Notes under the pieces: generated by a model
What the model was told of the DNA's origin: nothing
Database searches by the model: none
The model's input: only the letters and a program-made list of their open reading frames with translations
Program-made: the position numbers and the translations under genes
Shown here: positions 56,086-64,000 of the stretch, piece by piece
Layout of the letters: each line of letters begins with the position of its first letter
How positions within the stretch are numbered: position 1 is the first letter of the stretch
Assembly (NCBI GenBank): GCA_006844605.1
Contig: SPJN01000001.1
Coordinates: forward strand, 74,024-138,023
Reading direction: 5' to 3'
DNA length: 64,000 bases
Source of the DNA: Hyphomicrobiales bacterium
Lineage (GTDB): Bacteria; Pseudomonadota; Alphaproteobacteria; SPJN01

Positions 56086-59085
56086 ATGGCAGCAGGCGGT
56101 GCAGATAAAAACGCATCTCAAGGACCGGACGATGAGAACGGCCCCGTCGGAAACGATGTGATGGAGGCGACCTCATTCCTATTCGGTGCCAACGCACCTT
56201 TCGTTGAGGATTTATACGCCCGCTATTGCGATAATCCGGCCAGCGTTGATCAAAGCTGGGCGGATTTTTTTTCGTCGCTTGATGACGATCCCAAGGCAGT
56301 TTTGAAAGAGGCAAAGGGCGCCAGTTGGCAGCGCCCTGATTGGCCCCCCGTTGCGAATGGCGAGTTGGTTTCTGCCCTTGATGGCAATTGGACTGCGCTT
56401 GAGGCTGAATTGGGTGACAAGATTGAGGCCCGCGCCAAAGCCGGTGGCGGCTCTATCTCGCAAGAAGAAGTGCGCGAAGCCACATTGGATTCTGTGCGCG
56501 CCATCATGATGATCCGCGCCTATCGTATTCGTGGTCATTTGATTGCTGAACTTGACCCCCTGCGCTTGGATGAAGCCCCGTGGCATACCGAGCTGGACCC
56601 CAAAACCTATGGTTTCGACAAGGATGATTGGGACCGCCCGATCTTTCTGGATTTCGTGCTTGGTCTTGAAACCGCAACCATTCGTGAAATCATGTATGTG
56701 GTCCGCAAAACCTATTGCGGTGCCATCGGTGTGGAATTCATGCACATTTCTGACCCTGAGCAGAAGGCATGGATCCAGCACAAAATTGAAGGCATGGACA
56801 AGGATGTTGAATTTACCCAGAACGGTAAAAAGGCCATCCTGAACAAGTTGATCGAGGCTGAAAGCTTCGAAAAATTCCTGAACGTCAAATATACCGGTAC
56901 CAAGCGTTTCGGCCTTGATGGTGGCGAGGCGCTGATCCCCGCAATGGAAGCGATCATTAAAACCGGTGGTCAAAACGGCGTGAAGGAAATCATTCTGGGC
57001 ATGCCCCATCGTGGCCGCCTGAATGTGCTGGCCAATGTTTTGCAAAAACCCTATCGCGCGATCTTCCATGAGTTTCGCGGCGGCTCCTCCACCCCTGATC
57101 AGGTGCAGGGTTCCGGCGATGTGAAATATCATTTGGGCAGTTCTGCCGATCGTGAGTTTGACGGCAATGAAGTGCATATGTCATTGACCGCCAACCCCTC
57201 CCATCTTGAGGCTGTGGACCCGGTCGTCTTGGGCAAGGTCCGTGCCAAGCAGGCGCAGCGCGGTGATGCGACCCGTCAGGAAGTGTTGCCGCTGTTGTTG
57301 CATGGTGATGCGGCCTTTGCCGGGCAGGGCATTGTGGCGGAATGTTTTGGTCTGTCGGGGCTGAAAGGCCATCGGACCGGCGGCACGATCCATATTGTTG
57401 TGAACAATCAAATCGGCTTTACCACCAGCCCGATTTATTCGCGGTCGTCTCCTTATCCGTCGGACGTGGCAAAGATTGTGCAGGCCCCCATCTTCCATGT
57501 GAATGGTGATGACCCCGAAGCGGTGACCCATGTTGCCAAGATTGCAACTGAATTCCGCCAGAAGTTTGGCTGGGACGTTGTGATCGACATGTTCTGTTAT
57601 CGCCGTCATGGTCATAACGAAGGGGACGAGCCCAGCTTTACCCAACCAATCATGTATAAAAGGATTGGCGGCCACGAAACCGTGCGCAATCTGTATGCCC
57701 AACGTCTTGTTGACGAAGGCACGATGACGGCGCAGGAAGTTCAAGAGATGGGCGACGATTTCTGGTCCATGCTGGAACAGGAATTTGAAGCCGGTGACAA
57801 TTTCAAGGCCAACAAGGCTGACTGGCTTGATGGCCGTTGGTCTGGCCTTGGCCTGCCGGACGATGATGACCGTCGCGGCAAAACCGGTGTTGCCCTTGAT
57901 AAATTGAAATTGGTCGGCGAACAGCTGGTTCGCATCCCTGACGATTTCAACGCCCATAAAACGATTAAGCGCCTGATGAAGCAAAAGGCTGCGATGTTCG
58001 AATCTGGTGAAGGGTTCGACTGGGCAACGGCTGAGGCATTGGCCTTTGGCAGCCTGTTGAAAGAAGGCTTCCCCGTGCGGCTGTCCGGTCAGGATTCAGG
58101 GCGCGGCACGTTCAGTCAGCGCCATTCGGTTTTGGTCGATCAGATGACCGAAGAACGTTACGAGCCGTTGAACAATATCAAGGACGGTCAGGCCAAGTAT
58201 GAAGTGATCGATTCCATGCTGTCCGAAGCTGCCGTTCTTGGCTTTGAATATGGCTATTCACTGGCGGAACCGAATGCCCTTGTGTTGTGGGAGGCGCAGT
58301 TCGGTGACTTTGCCAATGGCGCACAGGTGATCATTGATCAATTCGTTGCCGGTGGTGAGATTAAGTGGTTGCGCATGTCCGGTTTGGTCATGCTGTTGCC
58401 GCATGGCTATGAAGGGCAGGGGCCTGAACATAGCTCCGCCAAGCCGGAACGTTATCTGCAAATGTGCGCCGAAGATAATATGCAGGTCGCCAATGTGACG
58501 ACCCCGGCAAACTATTTTCATATCTTGCGTCGCCAGATCCATCGTCAGTTCCGTAAACCGTTGGTGTTGATGACGCCGAAAAGCCTGCTGCGTCACAAGC
58601 TGGCCAAGTCTCGTTTGGAAGAAATGGGCCCCGGCACAACATTCCATCGTCTGTTGTGGGATGATGCAGAAATGTATCCCGGCTCCTCTGTCCAGATGAA
58701 ACCGGATGATGAGATCAAGCGTGTCGTGCTGTGTTCGGGCAAGGTCTATTACGACCTGTTTGAGGAGCGTGAGGCACGCGGGATTGACAATATCCAAATC
58801 CAGCGTATCGAACAGCTATACCCGTTCCCCTACAAGTCACTGATTGACGAACTGAAACGCTTCCCCAATGCGGATGTGGTTTGGTGTCAGGAAGAGCCTA
58901 AGAATATGGGCTACTGGTTCTTTGTCGATCCGTTGATCGAATGGTGCCTTGAAAAGGCAGAGGCGAAAGTGAACCGCCCCGCCTATGCCGGACGGCCCGC
59001 TGCCGCGTCGCCTGCAACGGGGTTGATGTCGAAACATATTGCACAGCAAAAGTCGTTAATCGACGACGCGCTGACGCTTGATTGA
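56086..59085 (+). CDS. sucA: 2-oxoglutarate dehydrogenase E1 component
   Basis: ThDP-dependent E1o (GDAAFAGQG, HGYEGQGPEHSS). ATG at 56086; the track ORF starts at a TTG at 56062. Confidence 0.9.
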   Translation: MAAGGADKNASQGPDDENGPVGNDVMEATSFLFGANAPFVEDLYARYCDNPASVDQSWADFFSSLDDDPKAVLKEAKGASWQRPDWPPVANGELVSALDGNWTALEAELGDKIEARAKAGGGSISQEEVREATLDSVRAIMMIRAYRIRGHLIAELDPLRLDEAPWHTELDPKTYGFDKDDWDRPIFLDFVLGLETATIREIMYVVRKTYCGAIGVEFMHISDPEQKAWIQHKIEGMDKDVEFTQNGKKAILNKLIEAESFEKFLNVKYTGTKRFGLDGGEALIPAMEAIIKTGGQNGVKEIILGMPHRGRLNVLANVLQKPYRAIFHEFRGGSSTPDQVQGSGDVKYHLGSSADREFDGNEVHMSLTANPSHLEAVDPVVLGKVRAKQAQRGDATRQEVLPLLLHGDAAFAGQGIVAECFGLSGLKGHRTGGTIHIVVNNQIGFTTSPIYSRSSPYPSDVAKIVQAPIFHVNGDDPEAVTHVAKIATEFRQKFGWDVVIDMFCYRRHGHNEGDEPSFTQPIMYKRIGGHETVRNLYAQRLVDEGTMTAQEVQEMGDDFWSMLEQEFEAGDNFKANKADWLDGRWSGLGLPDDDDRRGKTGVALDKLKLVGEQLVRIPDDFNAHKTIKRLMKQKAAMFESGEGFDWATAEALAFGSLLKEGFPVRLSGQDSGRGTFSQRHSVLVDQMTEERYEPLNNIKDGQAKYEVIDSMLSEAAVLGFEYGYSLAEPNALVLWEAQFGDFANGAQVIIDQFVAGGEIKWLRMSGLVMLLPHGYEGQGPEHSSAKPERYLQMCAEDNMQVANVTTPANYFHILRRQIHRQFRKPLVLMTPKSLLRHKLAKSRLEEMGPGTTFHRLLWDDAEMYPGSSVQMKPDDEIKRVVLCSGKVYYDLFEEREARGIDNIQIQRIEQLYPFPYKSLIDELKRFPNADVVWCQEEPKNMGYWFFVDPLIEWCLEKAEAKVNRPAYAGRPAAASPATGLMSKHIAQQKSLIDDALTLD

Positions 59086-59149
59086 TTGAATTTTTAGTTG
59101 ATGGTTGGCGCCGTCAAAGACCGCGCCGCGATCCGGGAAGGAAAATGAA

Positions 59150-60367
59150 ATGGCCGTTGAAATTCGAGTGCCAACCCTGGGTGAATCGGTAACCGAAGCG
59201 ACCGTGGGCCAATGGTTCAAGGCCGTTGGCGATGCCGTCAAAGCGGACGAGCCGATTTGCGAGCTTGAGACCGATAAGGTCACGCTAGAAGTGCCCGCGC
59301 CGTCATCCGGTGTGCTGGTTGAAATTCTTGCCGGTGAAGACGACACGGTAGAGCCTGATGCCTTGTTGGGCATGATTGATGAAACCGCCAGCGCCGCAGC
59401 TGGTAGTTCATCAAGTGCGAAGCCTGCTGCTGATCCTGCCCCCGCTGCTGCGCCCACTGCCGCTGCCGCATCGGATGGCCCCAGTAAGCCTGCTGATGCG
59501 CCCCATGCCCCATCTGTGCAGCGTGTTGCTGCCGAAGGCGGTATCGATGCCAATCAGATTTCAGGCACAGGCCCCGGTGGTCGTGTAACCAAGGGTGATG
59601 CGCTGAACGCCTTGGCCGGCAAGGCTGCCGCTCCCGCTGCAGCAGAAACCGCGCCGCGTGAGGCAGGTCCGCGCGAAGAACGGGTAAAGATGACCCGTCT
59701 GCGTCAGACCATTGCGCGTCGTTTGAAAGAGGCGCAGAACTCTGCAGCCATGTTGACCACCTTTAACGAGGTGGATATGGGCAATGTGATGGCCCTGCGC
59801 AATGACTATAAGGCTGAGTTTGAGAAGAAGCACGGTGTGCGCCTTGGCTTTATGAGTTTCTTTGTGAAGGCTTGCGTGCAGGCATTGAAAGAAATTCCGG
59901 CAGTGAATGCTGAAATTGATGGCAATGAACTCGTCTACAAAAATTACTATGATATCGGTATGGCCGTTGGCACGCCGCAGGGGCTTGTGGTGCCTGTCGT
60001 GCGCGATACGGACGAAAAAAGCTTTGCCGGGATCGAAAAGGAAATCGGTGCGCTTGGTAAGAAGGCCCGTGATGGCAAGCTAAGCATGGCTGATTTGCAG
60101 GGCGCGACATTCACCATTTCCAATGGCGGTGTGTACGGCTCGCTTATGTCCACGCCGATTTTGAATGCGCCGCAGTCAGGTATTCTTGGTCTGCACAAGA
60201 TTCAGGAACGGCCTATGGTGGTTGAGGGCGAGATCAAGATCCGTCCGATGATGTATCTGGCCTTGTCCTATGACCATCGTATCATTGACGGGCGGGAGGC
60301 TGTGACCTTCCTGGTGCGTGTCAAAGAAAATATTGAATCGCCCGAGCGGCTATTGATTGACCTATAA
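59150..60367 (+). CDS. sucB: dihydrolipoyllysine-residue succinyltransferase (E2o)
   Basis: Lipoyl domain (ETDKVTLEV), an Ala/Pro linker, a PSBD, and a catalytic DHRIIDG. Confidence 0.9.
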   Translation: MAVEIRVPTLGESVTEATVGQWFKAVGDAVKADEPICELETDKVTLEVPAPSSGVLVEILAGEDDTVEPDALLGMIDETASAAAGSSSSAKPAADPAPAAAPTAAAASDGPSKPADAPHAPSVQRVAAEGGIDANQISGTGPGGRVTKGDALNALAGKAAAPAAAETAPREAGPREERVKMTRLRQTIARRLKEAQNSAAMLTTFNEVDMGNVMALRNDYKAEFEKKHGVRLGFMSFFVKACVQALKEIPAVNAEIDGNELVYKNYYDIGMAVGTPQGLVVPVVRDTDEKSFAGIEKEIGALGKKARDGKLSMADLQGATFTISNGGVYGSLMSTPILNAPQSGILGLHKIQERPMVVEGEIKIRPMMYLALSYDHRIIDGREAVTFLVRVKENIESPERLLIDL

Positions 60368-60385
60368 GTTCAAGGTGACAGGGTT

Positions 60386-61795
60386 ATGAGTGACGAACAA
60401 TTTGATGTGGTCATCATCGGTGCCGGTCCCGGCGGCTATGTGGCAGCTATTCGCGCGGCCCAACTGGGGCTGAAGGTTGCTTGCGTTGAAAAACGTGACA
60501 CGTTGGGCGGCACCTGCCTGAATGTTGGTTGCATCCCGTCAAAGGCATTGCTGCACGCAACTGAATTGCTGGAAACAGCCCAACATCAGTTTGCATCGTT
60601 CGGCATCAAGACAGGCAAGGTCAGTGTAGATCTGCCCCAGATGATGCAGCACAAATCCGACACCGTTACCGGGCTGACTGACGGCATTGGCTTTCTGTTC
60701 AAGAAAAACAAAGTCACGTCAGTTTTCGGCACTGCTAAAATTGATGCACCGGGGCAGGTTTCTGTCACGCTGAATGATGGCGGCGCACAGGTTTTGAAGG
60801 CCAAGAATATCGTTATCGCCACGGGGTCTGAGCCTGCCTCCATCCCCGGTGTTGAAATTGACGAAGAACGTATCGTCAGTTCCACCGGCGCGCTTGAGCT
60901 ATCGTCCATCCCGAAAAAAATGGTGATGATCGGCGCAGGCGTCATTGGCCTTGAAATGGGATCGGTCTGGGCGCGGCTTGGGACCGAAGTGACGGTTGTA
61001 GAGTTTTTGGATCGTATTACCCCCGGTATGGACGGGGAAATTTCCAAACAGTTCCAGCGCACGTTGAAAAAACAAGGCATGACCTTCCACCTGTCTACAA
61101 AAGTGACGGGCGTTGAAAAGCTGAAAACAAAACTGAAAGTCGATGTTGAACCTGTCGCCGGTGGTGACGGGCAAAGCCTTGATGCCGATGTGGTGTTGGT
61201 TGCTGTTGGCCGCCGTCCGTTTACCGATGGGCTTGGCTTGGACACTGTTGGTGTGACCGTTGATGAACGCGGTATGATCCCGACCGATGCGCATTTCAAA
61301 ACCAATATTGACGGCATTTATGCCATTGGTGATGTGATTACCGGCCCCATGTTGGCCCATAAGGCCGAAGATGAAGGCGTCGCCATCGCCGAACATTTGG
61401 CCGGAAAGTGGAGCCATGTGAATTATGATGCGATCCCGTCAGTGGTTTACACGCATCCCGAAGTTGCCTCAGTCGGTATGACGGAAGAGCTATTGAAAGA
61501 GGCCGGCATCGCCTATAACAAGGGCAAATTCCCCTTTACCGCCAATGCGCGTGCGAAATCACATCTCGACACAGAAGGCTTCGTAAAGATTCTGGCGTCA
61601 AAAGAGACCGACCGTGTCTTGGGTGTCCATATGATTGGTCCCGGCGTGGGTGAATTGATTGGTGAGGCTGTCGTGGCGATGGAACTGGGCGCAAGCGCAG
61701 AAGATATCGCCCGGACCTGTCATGCCCATCCCACCATGTCAGAGGCGGTCAAGGAAGCGGCACTAGGCGTTGACGGGCGTATCATTCACGCGTGA
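60386..61795 (+). CDS. lpdA: dihydrolipoyl dehydrogenase (E3)
   Basis: [13 protein letters not shown] redox-active disulfide and a C-terminal HAHPTMSE. Confidence 0.9.
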   Translation: MSDEQFDVVIIGAGPGGYVAAIRAAQLGLKVACVEKRDTLGGTCLNVGCIPSKALLHATELLETAQHQFASFGIKTGKVSVDLPQMMQHKSDTVTGLTDGIGFLFKKNKVTSVFGTAKIDAPGQVSVTLNDGGAQVLKAKNIVIATGSEPASIPGVEIDEERIVSSTGALELSSIPKKMVMIGAGVIGLEMGSVWARLGTEVTVVEFLDRITPGMDGEISKQFQRTLKKQGMTFHLSTKVTGVEKLKTKLKVDVEPVAGGDGQSLDADVVLVAVGRRPFTDGLGLDTVGVTVDERGMIPTDAHFKTNIDGIYAIGDVITGPMLAHKAEDEGVAIAEHLAGKWSHVNYDAIPSVVYTHPEVASVGMTEELLKEAGIAYNKGKFPFTANARAKSHLDTEGFVKILASKETDRVLGVHMIGPGVGELIGEAVVAMELGASAEDIARTCHAHPTMSEAVKEAALGVDGRIIHA

Positions 61796-61828
61796 TACTT
61801 CTGCAATCACAATTGCAGGAGCATAATC

Positions 61829-62332
61829 ATGTCGGATGAACAGGACGAACTGAACGAACCTATCGGCGGAAATACCCCTGTCGATGTGGCGGCAACCAAA
61901 TTGCATCCGCCCAAGGCGTTGCTGACATGGATTGTCGTGGCGGTCGTGTTGGATTTCTTTTTGCCATTGGCAACCTTTGCGTCAGAACTACGCTGGGTCG
62001 GTTTTTGTTTGGTTGGGGTTGCATTGGGCCTGTTCGCATGGTCGCTACAAACCTTCAAGCGTGTTGGCACGGATGTGAAAACAACGACGCCTGCTGATAA
62101 TTTGGCTTCTGACGGTCCCTATGGGATCAGCCGCAATCCGATTTATCTGGCGATGATCACCCTTGGTGTCGGGCTTGGTCTTTTGCTGGGCAATATGTGG
62201 CTGTTGATCGGGGCGATTGTGTTCTATGGGCTGATTACCAAATTGGTGATAGAGCCTGAGGAGGCCTATATGGAACGGGCTTTTGGTGACAAATACATCA
62301 CCTATCGCTGTCGGGTGCGTCGCTGGGTTTAA
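61829..62332 (+). CDS. ICMT/PEMT-like membrane methyltransferase family protein
   Basis: A 4-TM protein with RNPIYLAMI and an EE..L..FG..Y motif, typical of isoprenylcysteine carboxyl methyltransferase-like enzymes. Confidence 0.55.
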   Translation: MSDEQDELNEPIGGNTPVDVAATKLHPPKALLTWIVVAVVLDFFLPLATFASELRWVGFCLVGVALGLFAWSLQTFKRVGTDVKTTTPADNLASDGPYGISRNPIYLAMITLGVGLGLLLGNMWLLIGAIVFYGLITKLVIEPEEAYMERAFGDKYITYRCRVRRWV

Positions 62333-62370
62333 TGTTGTTGGGTTTAGTGCCGTTTCGGCTGTTTGATCAG

Positions 62371-63348
62371 TCAAGATTTGGCGCGCGGGTGTGCTGCCTT
62401 GTAATGGCGCATGACATCACTGTCGGCAACTTCTGTATAACGCTGCGTGGTGCTTAATTGCGCATGGCCCAACAGATCCTGAATCGTTCGTAAATCGCCA
62501 CCATCTGCCAGCAAGTGCGTGGCAAAGCTGTGGCGTAGGGCATGGGGGGTGGTGCTGTCGGGCAGGCCCAATGCATAGCGCAATGTGCTGATGATTTCCT
62601 GTGCCTGACGGGGGTGCAGATTGCCGCCCCTGATGCCACGAAACAGCGGCTGATCGGGCGTTAGAATATGGGGACACAGATCACGATACGTATCTATCGC
62701 TTCTGCGACGATGGGCAGGACAGGGACCAACCGTTCCTTGTTGCCCTTCCCCATGATCGTCAGCGGCCCGGGCATTGATCCGCGTGGTGCGGCCCCTTCG
62801 GTCAGCGCCAACGCTTCTGACAGGCGCAACCCACAGCCATACAGCAATGTGATCAGGGCCACATCGCGGGCCTGAACCCAGCGGCGCTTGTCTTGTTTGC
62901 CAGCCTGATCGATCATGGCGGCTGCGCCCTCGACAGAGACGGGCTTGGGCACTGCATGGGGCAGCTTGGGGCCGCGCACACGGCTTATCGCCCCGTTATC
63001 GACCAACCCCTCGCCCTCAAGCCAGCGATGCAGGGTGCGCAGGGCACTTAACGCGCGGGCAAGGCTTGTGCTGCTTAACCCATCCTTGCGGCGCACAGCC
63101 AAAAAGGCGCGGAAGTCGGCAACCATCAATGACTGCAACGTGGCGATAGCCACAGGTTCGCCACGGTGGTCATTCACAAAGCGGATAAAGGGGATGACGT
63201 CCCGCACATAGGCATTAAGCGTGTGGGGTGACAGGCGGCGTTCGGCCCGCAAATGATGGTGCCAGCGCCCCAATGCGGTCAGCAAGTCTTCGCCAAGCGG
63301 CAGGCCCTGATAGGGGTTCGCCAATCTGTCTAGGGTAGATCTAGCCAT
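62371..63348 (-). CDS. xerC: tyrosine site-specific recombinase XerC (chromosome dimer resolution)
   Basis: RHSFATHLL...LGH...Y catalytic RHRY tetrad and a phage-integrase N-terminal SAM-like domain. It sits immediately downstream of a DUF484-like gene, as in yigA-xerC. Confidence 0.75.
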   Translation of the reverse strand: MARSTLDRLANPYQGLPLGEDLLTALGRWHHHLRAERRLSPHTLNAYVRDVIPFIRFVNDHRGEPVAIATLQSLMVADFRAFLAVRRKDGLSSTSLARALSALRTLHRWLEGEGLVDNGAISRVRGPKLPHAVPKPVSVEGAAAMIDQAGKQDKRRWVQARDVALITLLYGCGLRLSEALALTEGAAPRGSMPGPLTIMGKGNKERLVPVLPIVAEAIDTYRDLCPHILTPDQPLFRGIRGGNLHPRQAQEIISTLRYALGLPDSTTPHALRHSFATHLLADGGDLRTIQDLLGHAQLSTTQRYTEVADSDVMRHYKAAHPRAKS

Positions 63349-63974
63349 AGCCGCAGCATACGCACTAATGCGTCGCCAAGAAACTCAATTAGATCAGTGC
63401 CCATGCCCGGCTGGAATGTCCCGGCCTGCCCACTGCCGAAAGCCAGCAAACCTGCGGGCGCACCACCTGTTTGGGTTAGGCGCACCAGCGCATCTGATTG
63501 TACCATTGGCGCGGCGGGGCCGTAGATCAAATCACGGGCCATAGGGTCGGGGAACAGGGCGGCGTTGACCCCTTCGCCCATCATTTGGTCGATGGTGCCG
63601 GGGGGGATGACAAACACGCCCTTGGTCGCTTCGCGCGGCAGGACATTGTCTTCGCCTTCCATCGAAATGGACACCACATCTGTGTCCATAATTTCCGGCC
63701 ATTCTCCGGTGACGACCTCTAACAACTGACCAAGGCCTTTGGCCTCCATCAGGCGCAGCACAGCCAGATGCGTCCGCTCTGTCACGTTCATATTGTTGCG
63801 CGCATTGTCCAGCAGGTCAGCTTTCTGCATCTCCAACATAGACATGTCGAACTTGATGCGTTTCAGCAGCCGTGCCTGAAAGTCGATGATTTCATCATCG
63901 TCCTGAAACCGTTCAGGGATAGGATCTTGATCGTCGCTCATGCTCACAGGATGGACTGCCCTGTTTTGGCCCAA
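63330..63974 (-). CDS. DUF484-like (GAF-fold) protein upstream of xerC
   Basis: About 205-214 aa, with a GAF-like C-terminal region and synteny with xerC. The start is either TTG at 63974 or ATG at 63941. Confidence 0.5.
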   Translation of the reverse strand: MGQNRAVHPVSMSDDQDPIPERFQDDDEIIDFQARLLKRIKFDMSMLEMQKADLLDNARNNMNVTERTHLAVLRLMEAKGLGQLLEVVTGEWPEIMDTDVVSISMEGEDNVLPREATKGVFVIPPGTIDQMMGEGVNAALFPDPMARDLIYGPAAPMVQSDALVRLTQTGGAPAGLLAFGSGQAGTFQPGMGTDLIEFLGDALVRMLRLWLDLP

Positions 63975-64000
63975 TCATCCAAAAAGGCGGCAAGCCCCTT

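Noticed and set aside
62371-63348. Tyrosine recombinase as a possible integrase or marker of a mobile element
   Set aside because: It has housekeeping XerC features: DUF484-xerC synteny and no flanking tRNA, direct repeats, phage or IS genes. The adjacent genes are core TCA genes.

Overview
This 64-kb window looks like a chromosomal segment of an alphaproteobacterium, about 55% GC and almost entirely coding. The lineage call rests on RegB/RegA(ActS/ActR)-SenC, OlsB, MmcB, the zapE-mdh-sucCDAB-lpdA TCA block and DUF484-xerC. I support about 55 CDSs from the ORF track using motifs and synteny. Several starts were re-placed, because the ORF track translates TTG/GTG starts as M and some ORFs carry obvious N-terminal extensions. 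I saw no rRNA, tRNA, CRISPR array, transposase, integrase or phage module; the only recombinase is the housekeeping XerC. Most of the window is core envelope, redox-signalling and TCA-cycle genes. Four regions look accessory and are worth a second look. (i) At 32.1-41.4 kb there is a nine-gene module: three SDRs, an unknown protein translationally coupled to a PAPS-type sulfotransferase, an NTF2-like protein, a hotdog thioesterase and two acyl-CoA ligases, one of them FATP/bile-acid-CoA-ligase-like. I propose it is an undescribed sulfated lipid or steroid-like acid pathway. (ii) At 41.5-44.4 kb a polyacidic secreted repeat protein lies back-to-back with a TPR+beta-barrel outer-membrane protein. 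I hypothesise a DUF560/Slam-type (type XI secretion) transporter-cargo pair. (iii) At 47.8-50.4 kb an FkbM methyltransferase sits beside two tandem secreted Cys-containing proteins. (iv) At 4.1-9.0 kb an olsB, RND/MMPL exporter and AurF-like diiron gene group shares a palindromic operator. Intrinsic terminators, a LysR T-N11-A box, an inverted repeat upstream of regB, and a tandem direct repeat upstream of a glsB-like gene are also annotated. All family names are inferred from motifs read by eye; no database search was possible.
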